NCBI GenBank assembly: GCA_946410555.1
Contig: CAMKAT010000003.1
Location: 5,007 to 69,006 of the forward strand
Reading direction: 5' to 3'
Length of the DNA stretch: 64,000 nt
Origin: an uncultured Bacillales bacterium
GTDB lineage: Bacteria > Bacillota_I > Bacilli_A > RF39 > UBA660
Both the position numbers and the translations under genes were made by a program. Positions 43,281 through 52,644 of this stretch are shown here, piece after piece. Position 1 is the stretch's first letter. Every line of letters starts with the position of its first letter. The notes beneath the pieces were generated by a model. It was not told the DNA's origin. It was given only the letters and a program-made list of their open reading frames with translations, and did no database searches.

Positions 43281-44532
43281 TTTTATCCTTCTTTACAACT
43301 TTAATTGATTGAGTTTTTTCTAATTCTTCATTAATTTCATCAAGTGTTGTTTTCTTATTCTTTTTATCTAAAAGAATTATTGTAGAAAATGCTAGGACTG
43401 CAACTGAAACTGCAACTACAACTGCAATGATAGCCATTTGTTTTTTATCTATTTTAACAGTTTTAACTTTTTCTTCCTCTTCAACTTCAGTTGTTGGTTC
43501 AGTATCATCATCACCTTCGATATCAGTGTATGGAGCTACTAATTCATCTTCTTCTAAGAATTCAGAAGTCATAGTTGTTACTCTTACCCAACCCAATTTA
43601 TTGTTAAAGAATACTAATACATCAATTGTATCTGTATCACTTGCTCCCATTAGTTCATATACTAAGTTAACTGTAGAAAGTTTAGTTCCTGATGGAATTG
43701 TTTCTAATACTTCAGAACCTTTCATTGTAGAATACATCTTAGTATCTTTTTTAAATAAAATATTAAATTGTCTTTCTTTAAAACTAGTTCCAGGTTTCTT
43801 ACCTTCATTAATTAAATTATATGAATCATTATCATCTAATGTAATCATTTCATTATTTACTTTTATAATTGGAACTGTTGTAATCCATGGATTAGCCCAA
43901 TAATAAATAGTTTCTACAGTATTAGCTTTAATAAGAGTACCATTTAATGTTATATCTTTAGTAATAATTGCTTTTAAAGTTGTAGCATTGACTTCTCTTA
44001 CATTGAAGTGATCATTTTCACCACCATTACCAATGTAGATCCAACCTTTAAGTTCATCTTCTTGGATATAGAAGTAATCACTATAACTTTCTGATTTAGC
44101 AGCATAAAATGCAGTTACTTGTTCACCCTTTGAAATGTGACCAACTTTTTCATAAACACTTGCAGGTCCTGCATAAACATCTAACTTTTCTACAACTACT
44201 TCAAATTCTCTAGTTTTATCTAATTTAAAGATATTCTTATCATTAGGATTTACTGATTGAGTTTTTGGTTTAATAGCTACGATATCTTCACTCTTTAAAT
44301 CATAATAGTTATTCTTATAAACTATTTGATAACTAGTTCCAGAACCAGTTACTACGACAGTATCTCCTTTTTTAAATTTAACAGTTTTATTATTGTAATC
44401 TTTAACAGTTAATCCTGTTTCTGCAATTACTTCAGCTTCAAATTCTCTTATCATAGGTGCTCCTAGATCAGCATGAGCAATCATTGGAACAAACATTGCC
44501 ATAATTAATAATACTTTAATAAAATTTTTCAT
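43267..44532 (-). CDS. Secreted SH3b-like repeat protein with acidic linker and C-terminal TM anchor
   Basis: Signal peptide ...MIAHADLG. SH3_3-like segments include LDVYAGPASVYEKVGHISKGEQVTAF...LKGWIYI. An acidic stretch EGDDDTEPTTEVEEEE follows, then the TM MAIIAVVVAVSVAVLAFSTIILL. Confidence 0.5.
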   Translation of the reverse strand: MKNFIKVLLIMAMFVPMIAHADLGAPMIREFEAEVIAETGLTVKDYNNKTVKFKKGDTVVVTGSGTSYQIVYKNNYYDLKSEDIVAIKPKTQSVNPNDKNIFKLDKTREFEVVVEKLDVYAGPASVYEKVGHISKGEQVTAFYAAKSESYSDYFYIQEDELKGWIYIGNGGENDHFNVREVNATTLKAIITKDITLNGTLIKANTVETIYYWANPWITTVPIIKVNNEMITLDDNDSYNLINEGKKPGTSFKERQFNILFKKDTKMYSTMKGSEVLETIPSGTKLSTVNLVYELMGASDTDTIDVLVFFNNKLGWVRVTTMTSEFLEEDELVAPYTDIEGDDDTEPTTEVEEEEKVKTVKIDKKQMAIIAVVVAVSVAVLAFSTIILLDKKNKKTTLDEINEELEKTQSIKVVKKDKKEDK

Positions 44533-44591
44533 CTTTCATCTTCCTTCTTTATTATTATATTTTACCTTTTAGTATTTTTTCAATAATATTT

Positions 44592-44942
44592 TTATATATT
44601 AAATATTAATCCTATTCCATAAGACACAGCATTAAGTATTAAAGATAAAACAAATGGATTTAGTTTTCTATATTTCAATGTTTTTAAATAAACTAATCCT
44701 TCAAGTATGACTGCTAATACTTCTAGGATATATATTGAATAACGATATACACTATAATTAAATACTATATATAAAAGTATTGGTAATGTTACTACGATTG
44801 GATTAGTCATTATATTAACAAGTATTATATTTAGAAAATCTCGTTTTTTCCTTACTCCAAAGATAAAAGCTAAACTTACTTCGATTAATATAGTTAGTGT
44901 TAAACATATAATCATTACTAAATATTCATTATTTAGATCCAT
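44592..44942 (-). CDS. Small integral membrane protein (116 aa, 4 hydrophobic segments)
   Basis: ORF with AGAGGTAAG RBS. No family assigned. Confidence 0.5.
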   Translation of the reverse strand: MDLNNEYLVMIICLTLTILIEVSLAFIFGVRKKRDFLNIILVNIMTNPIVVTLPILLYIVFNYSVYRYSIYILEVLAVILEGLVYLKTLKYRKLNPFVLSLILNAVSYGIGLIFNI

Positions 44943-45062
44943 TTCTTACCTCTTTAATAACTAAATATGTAGTTATTCCAATAATTGCTAAAGTAATAAG
45001 AATAGTTATTATAAACAATGTTTCATTCTCCTTTATAAATAAGGGATTAAATATATATTTCA

Positions 45063-46094
45063 TTATTTTTCTCCTTTCAGAATACTTCCTAGAAGTATTG
45101 ATGAAATAATTGAGAATACTATTATCATTATTACATTATATATAAATGTTAGTTTAATAAAGAATATAGGTACTGTTCCTAAGAATAAACCTATTGTTGT
45201 AATACCAAAAGAAAGCCCAGGTTTACTCTTTAATACTGAAAGAATAATACCTAAAGTAATAGACATAGTCATAGAAAATAAACATATACCAAAAAGAGAT
45301 ACTAACATAAGTTTATCTCCACAACAAAGGAATGGTATTGATAAAAGTGTACTTAAAATAGCAACTTTTCTTATTCCAAACTTATCACTTAGTATTCCTC
45401 CGAGTGCTTTGCCTATTCCCATCGTAGTAAATAAAAGAATCATTTCTTGTGTAGTTTTATTCCATGATGTAGGTATTCCATAACCCATATAGCCTCTGAT
45501 AATAACTACAAAGAAAGCAATTAATATAGCTATATATGAATTAACATTCTTCTTTAAAAATGAATACTTAGTATATCCAGTTAGATTCTTCGTTTCTTCA
45601 TGAGTAAGTATTATTAAAGGAATCATTGATACAAGTGGAACAAAAAGAATACTTCCAAAAGTAAGTGAATCTGAAAGAAGTCTACCCACCATTACTCCGA
45701 ATGACCCTCCAGCAACAAAGATTGCAGTGTTGGATAACTTACCGTTTCCGTATTTAATGGTAGCTTCTGCCCCACTTACATGTAAGCATGCATTACCTAA
45801 ACAAATTATAAATAAAGGTATTAATACACTGACATCTATATATAAGAAGAATATATATCCTATAAAGAATAAAAGTATTCCAATTAATCCTATATTAATA
45901 TCTTTTCTTAAATCACTAATGTATCCAATCAAAGCTTGAGGTACAAAAGCAAAAGAATCATATATTAATGGTATAAGCCAAACTATTCCACTTTTATAGT
46001 TACTATAAAGAAAGTAAAAAGATAGAACTTCTACTACAAAATGTATATAAAAATATATAATTCCTATTTTGTTATTATCTATTTTTTTAATCAT
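45063..46094 (-). CDS. Polytopic membrane protein (transporter-like)
   Basis: 343 aa with about 10 hydrophobic helices. No signature recognised. Confidence 0.45.
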   Translation of the reverse strand: MIKKIDNNKIGIIYFYIHFVVEVLSFYFLYSNYKSGIVWLIPLIYDSFAFVPQALIGYISDLRKDINIGLIGILLFFIGYIFFLYIDVSVLIPLFIICLGNACLHVSGAEATIKYGNGKLSNTAIFVAGGSFGVMVGRLLSDSLTFGSILFVPLVSMIPLIILTHEETKNLTGYTKYSFLKKNVNSYIAILIAFFVVIIRGYMGYGIPTSWNKTTQEMILLFTTMGIGKALGGILSDKFGIRKVAILSTLLSIPFLCCGDKLMLVSLFGICLFSMTMSITLGIILSVLKSKPGLSFGITTIGLFLGTVPIFFIKLTFIYNVIMIIVFSIISSILLGSILKGEK

Positions 46095-46183
46095 TAATTA
46101 TCAACTCTCATACACTAAAATTATAGCATAAACTTTTAGCAAATATACTAGAGTTTTACATATATCATTGGTATAATTAATAC

Positions 46184-47503
46184 GTGAGTATTATGAATAA
46201 AAAAACTGAAAGAAAAACTAAATATAACAAAGTTAAAAGATTAAAAAAACTTAGAATGCTACTTTTAAAGAAAAAACATCAGAAGCTTAAACTCGCAAGA
46301 CTATTTAGTGTAATGAATGCTACTTTCTTAGTACTATTTATTATATCTTGTAATAGTTCTTACCTCTTTAATAAAGTATTCAAATGGATTTTCTTTATAG
46401 CCTTCGTAGCAAGTTTTATTGCATTTATATATTCAATCGTTGGTTATGTGTCTATTGATAGTGATTTAAAACTACCAGTTAAAAGATGGATAATAAATTC
46501 AATTACTATTATCTATATCACAGGATGTGTAATATTTATTAATCTACTTTATGGTCCTTTTCCTAAATTTAGAGAATGGTTAATAACTACTGCGATGGAA
46601 ACTATGAATCATCAGTACTTATGTAGAATATTCTATAATGATACATATATAAATAATTTACTTAGTTCAAACTATATTCTAGAACCTAACGAAGTTATGG
46701 ATACAGATTTAGTTAAAACTAATAAGAACTTATTTGAATATGATGAAAATAATGAATATGAAGTAAAGATGTTCAAGAATCATACTGAAGATGAAATATA
46801 TAGACTTATAAGATTTAAAGTAAATGGTCAAAATGCATATCTTGCTGTAGTATATGATCCAGCCTATTGTGAATTCTTAGCAAGTAAGAATGTACATGTA
46901 AGTGGTGAATATATCGTAGACATGGCAAAAAGAACAAATGCATTAATCGCTGTTAATGGTGGTAGATTTATTGATCCTACCAATAAGAGCAACGGAAACA
47001 ATCCTGCGGGTGTAACAATTCAAAAGCGTAAAATAATAACAGACCATCCTATTGAAAATGGTATGGGTGTTATTGGATTTAATAAAGATAATATATTAGT
47101 ACTTTACAAAAATAAAAATGCTCAAGAACTTCTAGATTTAGGAGTTAGAGATTGTGTTACTTCTATTCCATTCCTAATAGTTAATGGAGTTGCTTCATTT
47201 ACTAAAGGAAGCGGTGGTTATGGCTATGCTGCTAGAACTGCGATTGGACAAAGAAAAGATGGAGTTACATTAATACTTGTAGTTGATTCCAATGAAACTA
47301 GAACTAATGGTGCAAGTATGAAAGACTTAACTGATATAATGCTTAACTATGGTGCTATTAATGCTGCAGCTTTAGATGGTGGTACTTCTACTGTAATGGT
47401 AGAAAAAGGAATTACTATTTCTAGACCTATAAATGCATCTTTAAGAAATGTTACTAGACCAGTTGCTACTGGACTTGTAGTAAATCCAGAAAAATTAAAT
47501 TAA
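46184..47503 (+). CDS. Phosphodiester glycosidase (NAGPA-like) family protein, membrane anchored
   Basis: The only plus-strand gene. It has a basic N-terminus and TM helices, and the C-terminal domain carries LIAVNGGRF ... AINAAALDGGTSTVMV. The start is ambiguous (GTG 46184 or ATG 46193). Confidence 0.65.
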   Translation: MSIMNKKTERKTKYNKVKRLKKLRMLLLKKKHQKLKLARLFSVMNATFLVLFIISCNSSYLFNKVFKWIFFIAFVASFIAFIYSIVGYVSIDSDLKLPVKRWIINSITIIYITGCVIFINLLYGPFPKFREWLITTAMETMNHQYLCRIFYNDTYINNLLSSNYILEPNEVMDTDLVKTNKNLFEYDENNEYEVKMFKNHTEDEIYRLIRFKVNGQNAYLAVVYDPAYCEFLASKNVHVSGEYIVDMAKRTNALIAVNGGRFIDPTNKSNGNNPAGVTIQKRKIITDHPIENGMGVIGFNKDNILVLYKNKNAQELLDLGVRDCVTSIPFLIVNGVASFTKGSGGYGYAARTAIGQRKDGVTLILVVDSNETRTNGASMKDLTDIMLNYGAINAAALDGGTSTVMVEKGITISRPINASLRNVTRPVATGLVVNPEKLN

Positions 47504-47531
47504 TACATTCTTAATTGAATGTATTTTTTTA
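47503..47531 (+). terminator. Rho-independent terminator of the plus-strand NAGPA-like gene
   Basis: Stem ATACATTC/GAATGTAT with loop TTAATT, then TTTTTTT. Confidence 0.75.
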
Positions 47532-47542
47532 TGTAATAAAAA

Positions 47543-47562
47543 AGGATGACTTTTGTCATCCT
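47543..47562 (-). terminator. Rho-independent terminator after 47568..49697 (convergent partner)
   Basis: Stem AGGATGAC/GTCATCCT with loop TTTT, then TTTTTTATT on the minus strand. Confidence 0.75.
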
Positions 47563-47567
47563 AAAAT

Positions 47568-49697
47568 CTATACCCAGAATTCAAATATTTGTCTTATTTG
47601 ATAATAGAACATATATCTAGTAAGTGTTGTATCTGTAAGTAAGAAACAAATACTTGAAAGAATAATAGATATAAATATTATTCTTAATACAGATAATCTT
47701 AATTTACTCTTAGTTAATTCAGGTTCAAATTTAAATGTAGCTATGATTGTAGCAAAGTAAATCATGAAGCCAAAGTCTAATATATATCTAGGTAGGATAC
47801 CTGCCATTTCAGTATCAACTATTGCAATTATTAGTGAGAATACTAAGTACATAATACTTAATATGTATGGTAGTTTATTTCTAAATCTATTTTTAATCTT
47901 ATATAAGAATAAACTTAATATACATAATGCATTTGACCAGAAGAATCCAGCAGGCATTGTTTCATAAATAGTAGTTCCTATGTAATTAATAACTACATCT
48001 TTTCTTAAGATAAATGGGAACTTAACAGATAAAAGTGGTGCATTAACAAAGTAATAGAAAATACCACTTGGAATTCTACCCATTACCCATCCTCTCTTAG
48101 TCATATCATTTGTAGTTAAGTTATAGTTAGCTCCAAAGTCTGTTACTGAACCAAATCTTAAATAGTTATAAGCCATTAATAGTCCAGCTACTACTAAGTA
48201 AGGAAGTACAAATGCAAATACTTTCTTTAGATTCTCTTTCTTCATTAATTCTTTAACTTTATCCCAGAAGATTGGAATTGCTAAGAATGAAGTAAGTAGA
48301 AGTTGTGGTCTACATGCAGCAACTAATGCCATACATAAACTACCAAGTAGATAATATCTAGTTTTATTTGTTTCACGTGCTTTTAACCAAGCAATTAAAC
48401 CATATAAGCTAAACATTACTCCCATTAATATTGGTAAATAATAATGATCTGGTCTTCCATAAGTATGTAAGATTCCACATCCATTAACGAAACTTAAGAA
48501 TAGTATTATAAATAATCCTAAGTTAACATCATTCTTAAACCACATTTTAACTATACGTTTCATAAGCAAGAAGACTGCTAATGTACAAAGTAAACCAGTT
48601 ATAAATATACATGTACTTGTTTTAATATGTGTTTTAAATATTAAGTAATGAGGTAAATAATAGAAGATTACTGGAGCTACTCCAAAATAAACATAATACT
48701 TTCCTTTATAATAAGCACAATCCCAAAGATATTCTTCATCACTATCTTTGAAGATTGAATCTCTCTTATTAGTGTCATATGGATTCTTCATATTCTTTAG
48801 AAGTTCACTTGGTTCTTCTTCAAGATAAAGGTGTCCATGAGAAAAACTTTCAGCAAGGAACTTATATTGATCTCTTTGTCCTGTTTGAATACCAAAGTTT
48901 TCTTTAACAAAGTATCCATTTAAACTAAATGCAAATATAAATAATGCAAGTTGAGCTACTAACATACCAATTAAGTATTTCTTAGATTCTTTATCCCCTA
49001 GTTTAAGTTTCCAAATCTTTGCTTTAGGTCCAAATACAATCCATAATAAGAATACAAAATAAATGCTTAACATTCTAATTATAGAGAAATTAAAGTTATA
49101 TTTCTTATTAATTACAATCTTATTAATTGCAAAGTATTGATCATCTCCACCATTAAAGTAAATTCTTAATTTAGATGATTTACCAGCAAGATTAAAGTGC
49201 ATTATATCTCCAGTATCTTTAGATGCTAAGATAGATCTTGATTGAGTATATTTATACTTACTATTAGCAGCATCAGTATAACCAAAAGATACCCAGATAA
49301 CTTGATTCTTTAATTGATCACCTTTATATGTTCTTGAATCTAAATCAATATATACATCTTTGATTTCTTCATTCAAATCAATAACTTCAATACAATTTCT
49401 TGTTCCTTGAGCAATATTAATTGTACCTTCATCATCAATGTCTAATCCTTCACATAAAGTATAATCTTTATTAGTTATTACATGTTCTTCATAATTCATA
49501 GATTCATAGAATCTAAAATTAAATAAAGATGATTCTAATACTATTAGAACTATCCATACAATTAAACTATATTTTATAAATTTATTCTTTTTAAATCTAA
49601 CGTATAAGCATATATGAGTTAATAATATAATTAATGACACAATAATAGATATTATGTTCATAGGTAATCCAACCATAATTACACTACTCCTTTTCAT
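47568..49697 (-). CDS. Large polytopic membrane protein, GT-C-type glycosyltransferase-like
   Basis: 709 aa. N-terminal TMs are followed by a ~150-aa extracytoplasmic beta domain and then at least 10 TMs. The loop DEEYLWDCAYYKGKYYVYFGVAPVIFYYLP resembles ArnT/PMT-type GT-C proteins. The start is uncertain; ATG at 49676 has an AAGGAG RBS. Confidence 0.4.
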   Translation of the reverse strand: MKRSSVIMVGLPMNIISIIVSLIILLTHICLYVRFKKNKFIKYSLIVWIVLIVLESSLFNFRFYESMNYEEHVITNKDYTLCEGLDIDDEGTINIAQGTRNCIEVIDLNEEIKDVYIDLDSRTYKGDQLKNQVIWVSFGYTDAANSKYKYTQSRSILASKDTGDIMHFNLAGKSSKLRIYFNGGDDQYFAINKIVINKKYNFNFSIIRMLSIYFVFLLWIVFGPKAKIWKLKLGDKESKKYLIGMLVAQLALFIFAFSLNGYFVKENFGIQTGQRDQYKFLAESFSHGHLYLEEEPSELLKNMKNPYDTNKRDSIFKDSDEEYLWDCAYYKGKYYVYFGVAPVIFYYLPHYLIFKTHIKTSTCIFITGLLCTLAVFLLMKRIVKMWFKNDVNLGLFIILFLSFVNGCGILHTYGRPDHYYLPILMGVMFSLYGLIAWLKARETNKTRYYLLGSLCMALVAACRPQLLLTSFLAIPIFWDKVKELMKKENLKKVFAFVLPYLVVAGLLMAYNYLRFGSVTDFGANYNLTTNDMTKRGWVMGRIPSGIFYYFVNAPLLSVKFPFILRKDVVINYIGTTIYETMPAGFFWSNALCILSLFLYKIKNRFRNKLPYILSIMYLVFSLIIAIVDTEMAGILPRYILDFGFMIYFATIIATFKFEPELTKSKLRLSVLRIIFISIILSSICFLLTDTTLTRYMFYYQIRQIFEFWV

Positions 49698-49735
49698 TTA
49701 AATTTTATCACTTAAACCTCACGTAAACAATTACT

Positions 49736-50560
49736 TTACATTGCATCTATTAAAATACCAAATAATACACCTGTTAAGTAAATGATAGAAATAATTGTTA
49801 AATTTTCTTTTAAATTCTTATTTTGTTTAAATAAAAGTAATATACCAATACCTGCCCCTGGAAGTAATCCAGCAAGTAAAGTTCCTATAGTAATTAAATT
49901 AGATAAATATACTTGAGTAAGAATTACAGATGCAGCACAGTTAGGAATAAGTCCAAATAAAGAAGCAACTAAATACTTAAATATATTTTTACCTAATAGC
50001 ATATTAGTTAATGCTGTTTCACCTATATAATCAATAAGTAAATTAATAGCAAAATTAGCACTAAGAATAAATAAAGTGATTTTTAAAGTATGAATTAAAC
50101 TAGACATTACTATTCCATGATGTTCACAATCACAATGGTCATGTTCACATAACTCATGTACATGTAACTTTTCTTTCTTAGGTTTAATGATTAAATCTAC
50201 AAGTAAACCTATAACTATGGCAATAACTAGTTTAAATAAAAGAATCATTCCTAATTCTTTAAAAGCAGTATGTTCGGATAACATAATTGGAAGCATCTCA
50301 TCACTTGTAGATAAGAAAACTGCAATTATAGTACCCATAGTAATTACTCTTGATGAATAAAGATTAGAAGCTACTGCACTAAATCCACATTGAGGAAATA
50401 CTCCTAAGAATGCTCCTAAGATTGGTCCAAACTTTTTATTTTCTGTTTTTTTATTCTTATTTACTTTATGTTCTATTAACTCTAGTAATATAAAAGTAAC
50501 AAATAAGAATGGTACTATATGTAATGTATCAATTATTGCATCTTTTAGACAATCTAACAT
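49736..50560 (-). CDS. Polytopic membrane protein with central His/Cys cluster (metal-ion permease-like)
   Basis: The likely start is the ATG at 50560 (RBS GAGGTGA). The central loop reads HVHELCEHDHCDCEHHG, between two groups of TM helices. Confidence 0.5.
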   Translation of the reverse strand: MLDCLKDAIIDTLHIVPFLFVTFILLELIEHKVNKNKKTENKKFGPILGAFLGVFPQCGFSAVASNLYSSRVITMGTIIAVFLSTSDEMLPIMLSEHTAFKELGMILLFKLVIAIVIGLLVDLIIKPKKEKLHVHELCEHDHCDCEHHGIVMSSLIHTLKITLFILSANFAINLLIDYIGETALTNMLLGKNIFKYLVASLFGLIPNCAASVILTQVYLSNLITIGTLLAGLLPGAGIGILLLFKQNKNLKENLTIISIIYLTGVLFGILIDAM

Positions 50561-50625
50561 AAAAATCACCTCAAAACATATCGTTAAGATTATATAATAA
50601 AATACTCAAATACTCAATAAAAAAA

Positions 50626-50645
50626 GGACACTAGAATTAGTGCCC
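50626..50645 (-). terminator. Rho-independent terminator after kinase-like gene
   Basis: On the minus strand, GGGCACTA-attc-TAGTGTCC (one G-U pair) is followed by TTTTTTTATTG. Confidence 0.65.
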
Positions 50646-51356
50646 ATAGTAATCTTTAGTAATAATTAAATCACAGCTTCTCTTTCTTATATCTTTAATA
50701 AGAGTCTTTTTTCTTTTAGATTCAGATTCATAATATTCAATAAAATCTGTTAAAGATTCACTATTATATAAACAATTTGCTAATTCAGTATCATAAGTTG
50801 CTATTTTATCAATTAGTCTTACTCCATATACTGAGCTTTTAATTATTTTTTTTATAAATCTTATATTATCTCTATATAATTCATCGCTTTCTTTATTATC
50901 TAAGAATGCTCCATTATCTAAATCTATTAATTTAAATCCGAGTTTTTCATTATACAGAATATTTCTATAATTATCATCTCTTAATATATACTTTTCTTCA
51001 CTAATCTTGTAAGTATCTTCTTCAAGTCTTTTTAAATCATCTATGAATTTAGAAGCGTTCACTCTTAAACTTAATCTATTTACATTTTTAGCTTTAATAT
51101 AATCCATACCATATCCAGCTAAGAAACCTCTATCATCAGTTATTTTAAACTTTGGTGTCACATATGAATTTAAGTTAATTCTTGATAAACGCTCTAATTG
51201 ATAGTCTATATCCATAGTATTAAATATTGCTGTCATTGTATTATTACATTTATATATCTTATAGGCATTCTTTTTATCATGATAAACATATGCTTGAGTT
51301 CCTTGATGAAAAAAAAGAGACAATCTTTTAATTTCACTTGATTTTATTGATTCCAT
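50637..51356 (-). CDS. Small protein-kinase-like fold protein (atypical)
   Basis: The likely start is the ATG at 51356 (RBS AGGTGA). It has AYKIYK (beta3 Lys-like), LRDDNYRNILYNE (D-x4-N catalytic-loop pattern) and KLIDLDNG (DFG-equivalent). Confidence 0.4.
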   Translation of the reverse strand: MESIKSSEIKRLSLFFHQGTQAYVYHDKKNAYKIYKCNNTMTAIFNTMDIDYQLERLSRINLNSYVTPKFKITDDRGFLAGYGMDYIKAKNVNRLSLRVNASKFIDDLKRLEEDTYKISEEKYILRDDNYRNILYNEKLGFKLIDLDNGAFLDNKESDELYRDNIRFIKKIIKSSVYGVRLIDKIATYDTELANCLYNSESLTDFIEYYESESKRKKTLIKDIRKRSCDLIITKDYYGH

Positions 51357-51384
51357 ATAAATCACCTGGGTAATATTATAAAAA

Positions 51385-51414
51385 AATAAGAATAAAAGTC
51401 AATTTATTCTTATT
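51385..51414 (-). terminator. AT-rich terminator hairpin after lepB
   Basis: 12-bp stem AATAAGAATAAA/TTTATTCTTATT with a 6-nt loop, then TTTTTTTATAAT on the minus strand. Confidence 0.55.
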
Positions 51415-52066
51415 TTACTGATCCAAATCTATTAAATGGTAATATTACGAATGAAGTAATTCCTTTGATATCCTTTTTACTAATAGTACCAATCATTCTT
51501 GAGTCTTTAGAGACTCCTCTATTATCACCCATTACATAATATTCGCCTTCTGGTACTGTTATTTCTTCTTCACATATATCAGTATTATCATACTTGCATG
51601 TGTTTATTCTAGCAGTATCAGTTATGAATTTTTCTTCAATTTCTTTACCATTAATTAATAAGTGAGCTACTCTTGAAGAACCATTGTCTTCAATCTTATA
51701 TTGAATTTTTTCTCCAGGTAAAGCAATTACTCTTTTAATAAGTTTACCTTCATCTGTATCAATAACTACGATATCAAATCTTTTAATTCCAACTGTTTTA
51801 AGTCTCAATTTATATAAAAGCATAATATCTTTATTATGTAATGTTGGATACATACTTTCTCCACTTACATCTACTGGAGTCATAATAAATGTTCTAATAA
51901 GTACAACAAATACAATAATAATTATATAAGGTACTAACTCTTTAAACATTTCTTTTTTAGCACTCTTAGTAGCTGCATCAATTTCTTCTTGAGTATACTT
52001 CTTTTTTTCAGGTATTTCTATTTTTTCTGTAGTTTCTTTTTCTACAGTTTTCTTCTTGTTTGCCAT
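51410..52066 (-). CDS. lepB: Signal peptidase I
   Basis: SGESMYPTL (catalytic Ser box), IKRVIALPGE (Lys box), GDNRGVSKDSR. The likely start is the ATG at 52066 (RBS GGTGA). Confidence 0.85.
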   Translation of the reverse strand: MANKKKTVEKETTEKIEIPEKKKYTQEEIDAATKSAKKEMFKELVPYIIIIVFVVLIRTFIMTPVDVSGESMYPTLHNKDIMLLYKLRLKTVGIKRFDIVVIDTDEGKLIKRVIALPGEKIQYKIEDNGSSRVAHLLINGKEIEEKFITDTARINTCKYDNTDICEEEITVPEGEYYVMGDNRGVSKDSRMIGTISKKDIKGITSFVILPFNRFGSVK

Positions 52067-52082
52067 TTTAATCACCATTAAA

Positions 52083-52091
52083 ATTATATCA
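52083..52091 (-). promoter_or_regulatory. Extended -10 promoter (TGATATAAT) for lepB
   Basis: The minus strand reads TTTATGATATAATTTTAATGGTGATTAAAATGGCA. Confidence 0.45.
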
Positions 52092-52166
52092 TAAAATAAA
52101 TATGCAATAAATATAATTATCGTTTATAAAACCCACAGCTTTTATATAAAAATAACTAATAAAAAA

Positions 52167-52188
52167 AAGAAACTAATCTTAGTTTCTT
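52167..52188 (-). terminator. Rho-independent terminator after rplS
   Basis: Stem AAGAAACTA/TAGTTTCTT with a 4-nt loop, then TTTTTTTTATT on the minus strand. Confidence 0.7.
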
Positions 52189-52517
52189 TCTTTAACTTTG
52201 TATTCCCCAGACATCTTATCAATGAAGTTAAGTTTAGCTCTTCTAACATGTCCTTTTCTAGTTACAGTAATTTTGTCAACTAATGGTGAATTAACTTTGA
52301 AAATTCTCTTAACCCAAACGCTACCAGATTTTTTTCTTACAGTTACAGTAGCTCCGATTGATCCACCTTTCATTGATACTACTAATCCTTCGAAAGCTTG
52401 GATTCTTTCCTTGTTACCTTCTTTGATTTTGTAGTCTACTCTTACAGTATCTCCAACACGAAATTCAGGAATATCAGTTCTTACAGATTTAGCGTTTACT
52501 TTATCTACTAAATTCAT
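52179..52517 (-). CDS. rplS: 50S ribosomal protein L19
   Basis: 112 aa. ...IPEFRVGDTVRVDYKIKEGNKERIQAFEGLVVSMKGGSIGATVTVRK... is the canonical L19 sequence. Confidence 0.95.
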   Translation of the reverse strand: MNLVDKVNAKSVRTDIPEFRVGDTVRVDYKIKEGNKERIQAFEGLVVSMKGGSIGATVTVRKKSGSVWVKRIFKVNSPLVDKITVTRKGHVRRAKLNFIDKMSGEYKVKERN

Positions 52518-52602
52518 CTTAAAACCAATCCTTTCTAATAATATACACCCACAGAATCATAAGCATTTGCTCAGCGGATTAAGTTTAGCTTTTTCACAAA
52601 GC
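52518..52602 (-). promoter_or_regulatory. rplS 5' UTR, candidate ribosomal-protein (L19) autoregulatory leader
   Basis: A long leader lies between the predicted TSS and the RBS. It contains hairpin GCTTT-GTGA-AAAGC and a relatively G/C-rich segment CCGCTGAGCAAATGC...CTGTGGGTG. L19 leaders are known in low-GC Gram-positives, but I cannot align to the covariance model here. Confidence 0.3.
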
Positions 52603-52608
52603 AAAAAT

Positions 52609-52637
52609 AGTATACCATGTATACTATCCTTTTGCAA
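52609..52637 (-). promoter_or_regulatory. Sigma-A-type promoter of rplS: -35 TTGCAA, 17-nt spacer, -10 TATACT
   Basis: The minus strand reads TTGCAAAAGGATAGTATACATGGTATACT. It predicts a ~85-90-nt 5' UTR. Confidence 0.6.
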
Positions 52638-52644
52638 GTCATAA

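Noticed and set aside
44929-45018. 29-codon TTG-start hydrophobic ORF (FIITILITLAIIGITTYLVIKEVRNGSK) between 45063..46094 and 44592..44942
   Set aside because: The nearby GGAGA is followed first by an ATG that terminates after 5 codons. The longer frame needs a TTG start and overlaps the next gene's start. Evidence is too thin without conservation data.
46172-46195. Leaderless or near-leaderless start for the plus-strand NAGPA-like gene (TGGTATAAT at 46169-46177, GTG at 46184, ATG at 46193)
   Set aside because: The extended -10 is plausible, but I cannot tell from sequence alone whether GTG 46184 or ATG 46193 is used, or whether the mRNA is truly leaderless. It is left as an ambiguous start in the feature list.
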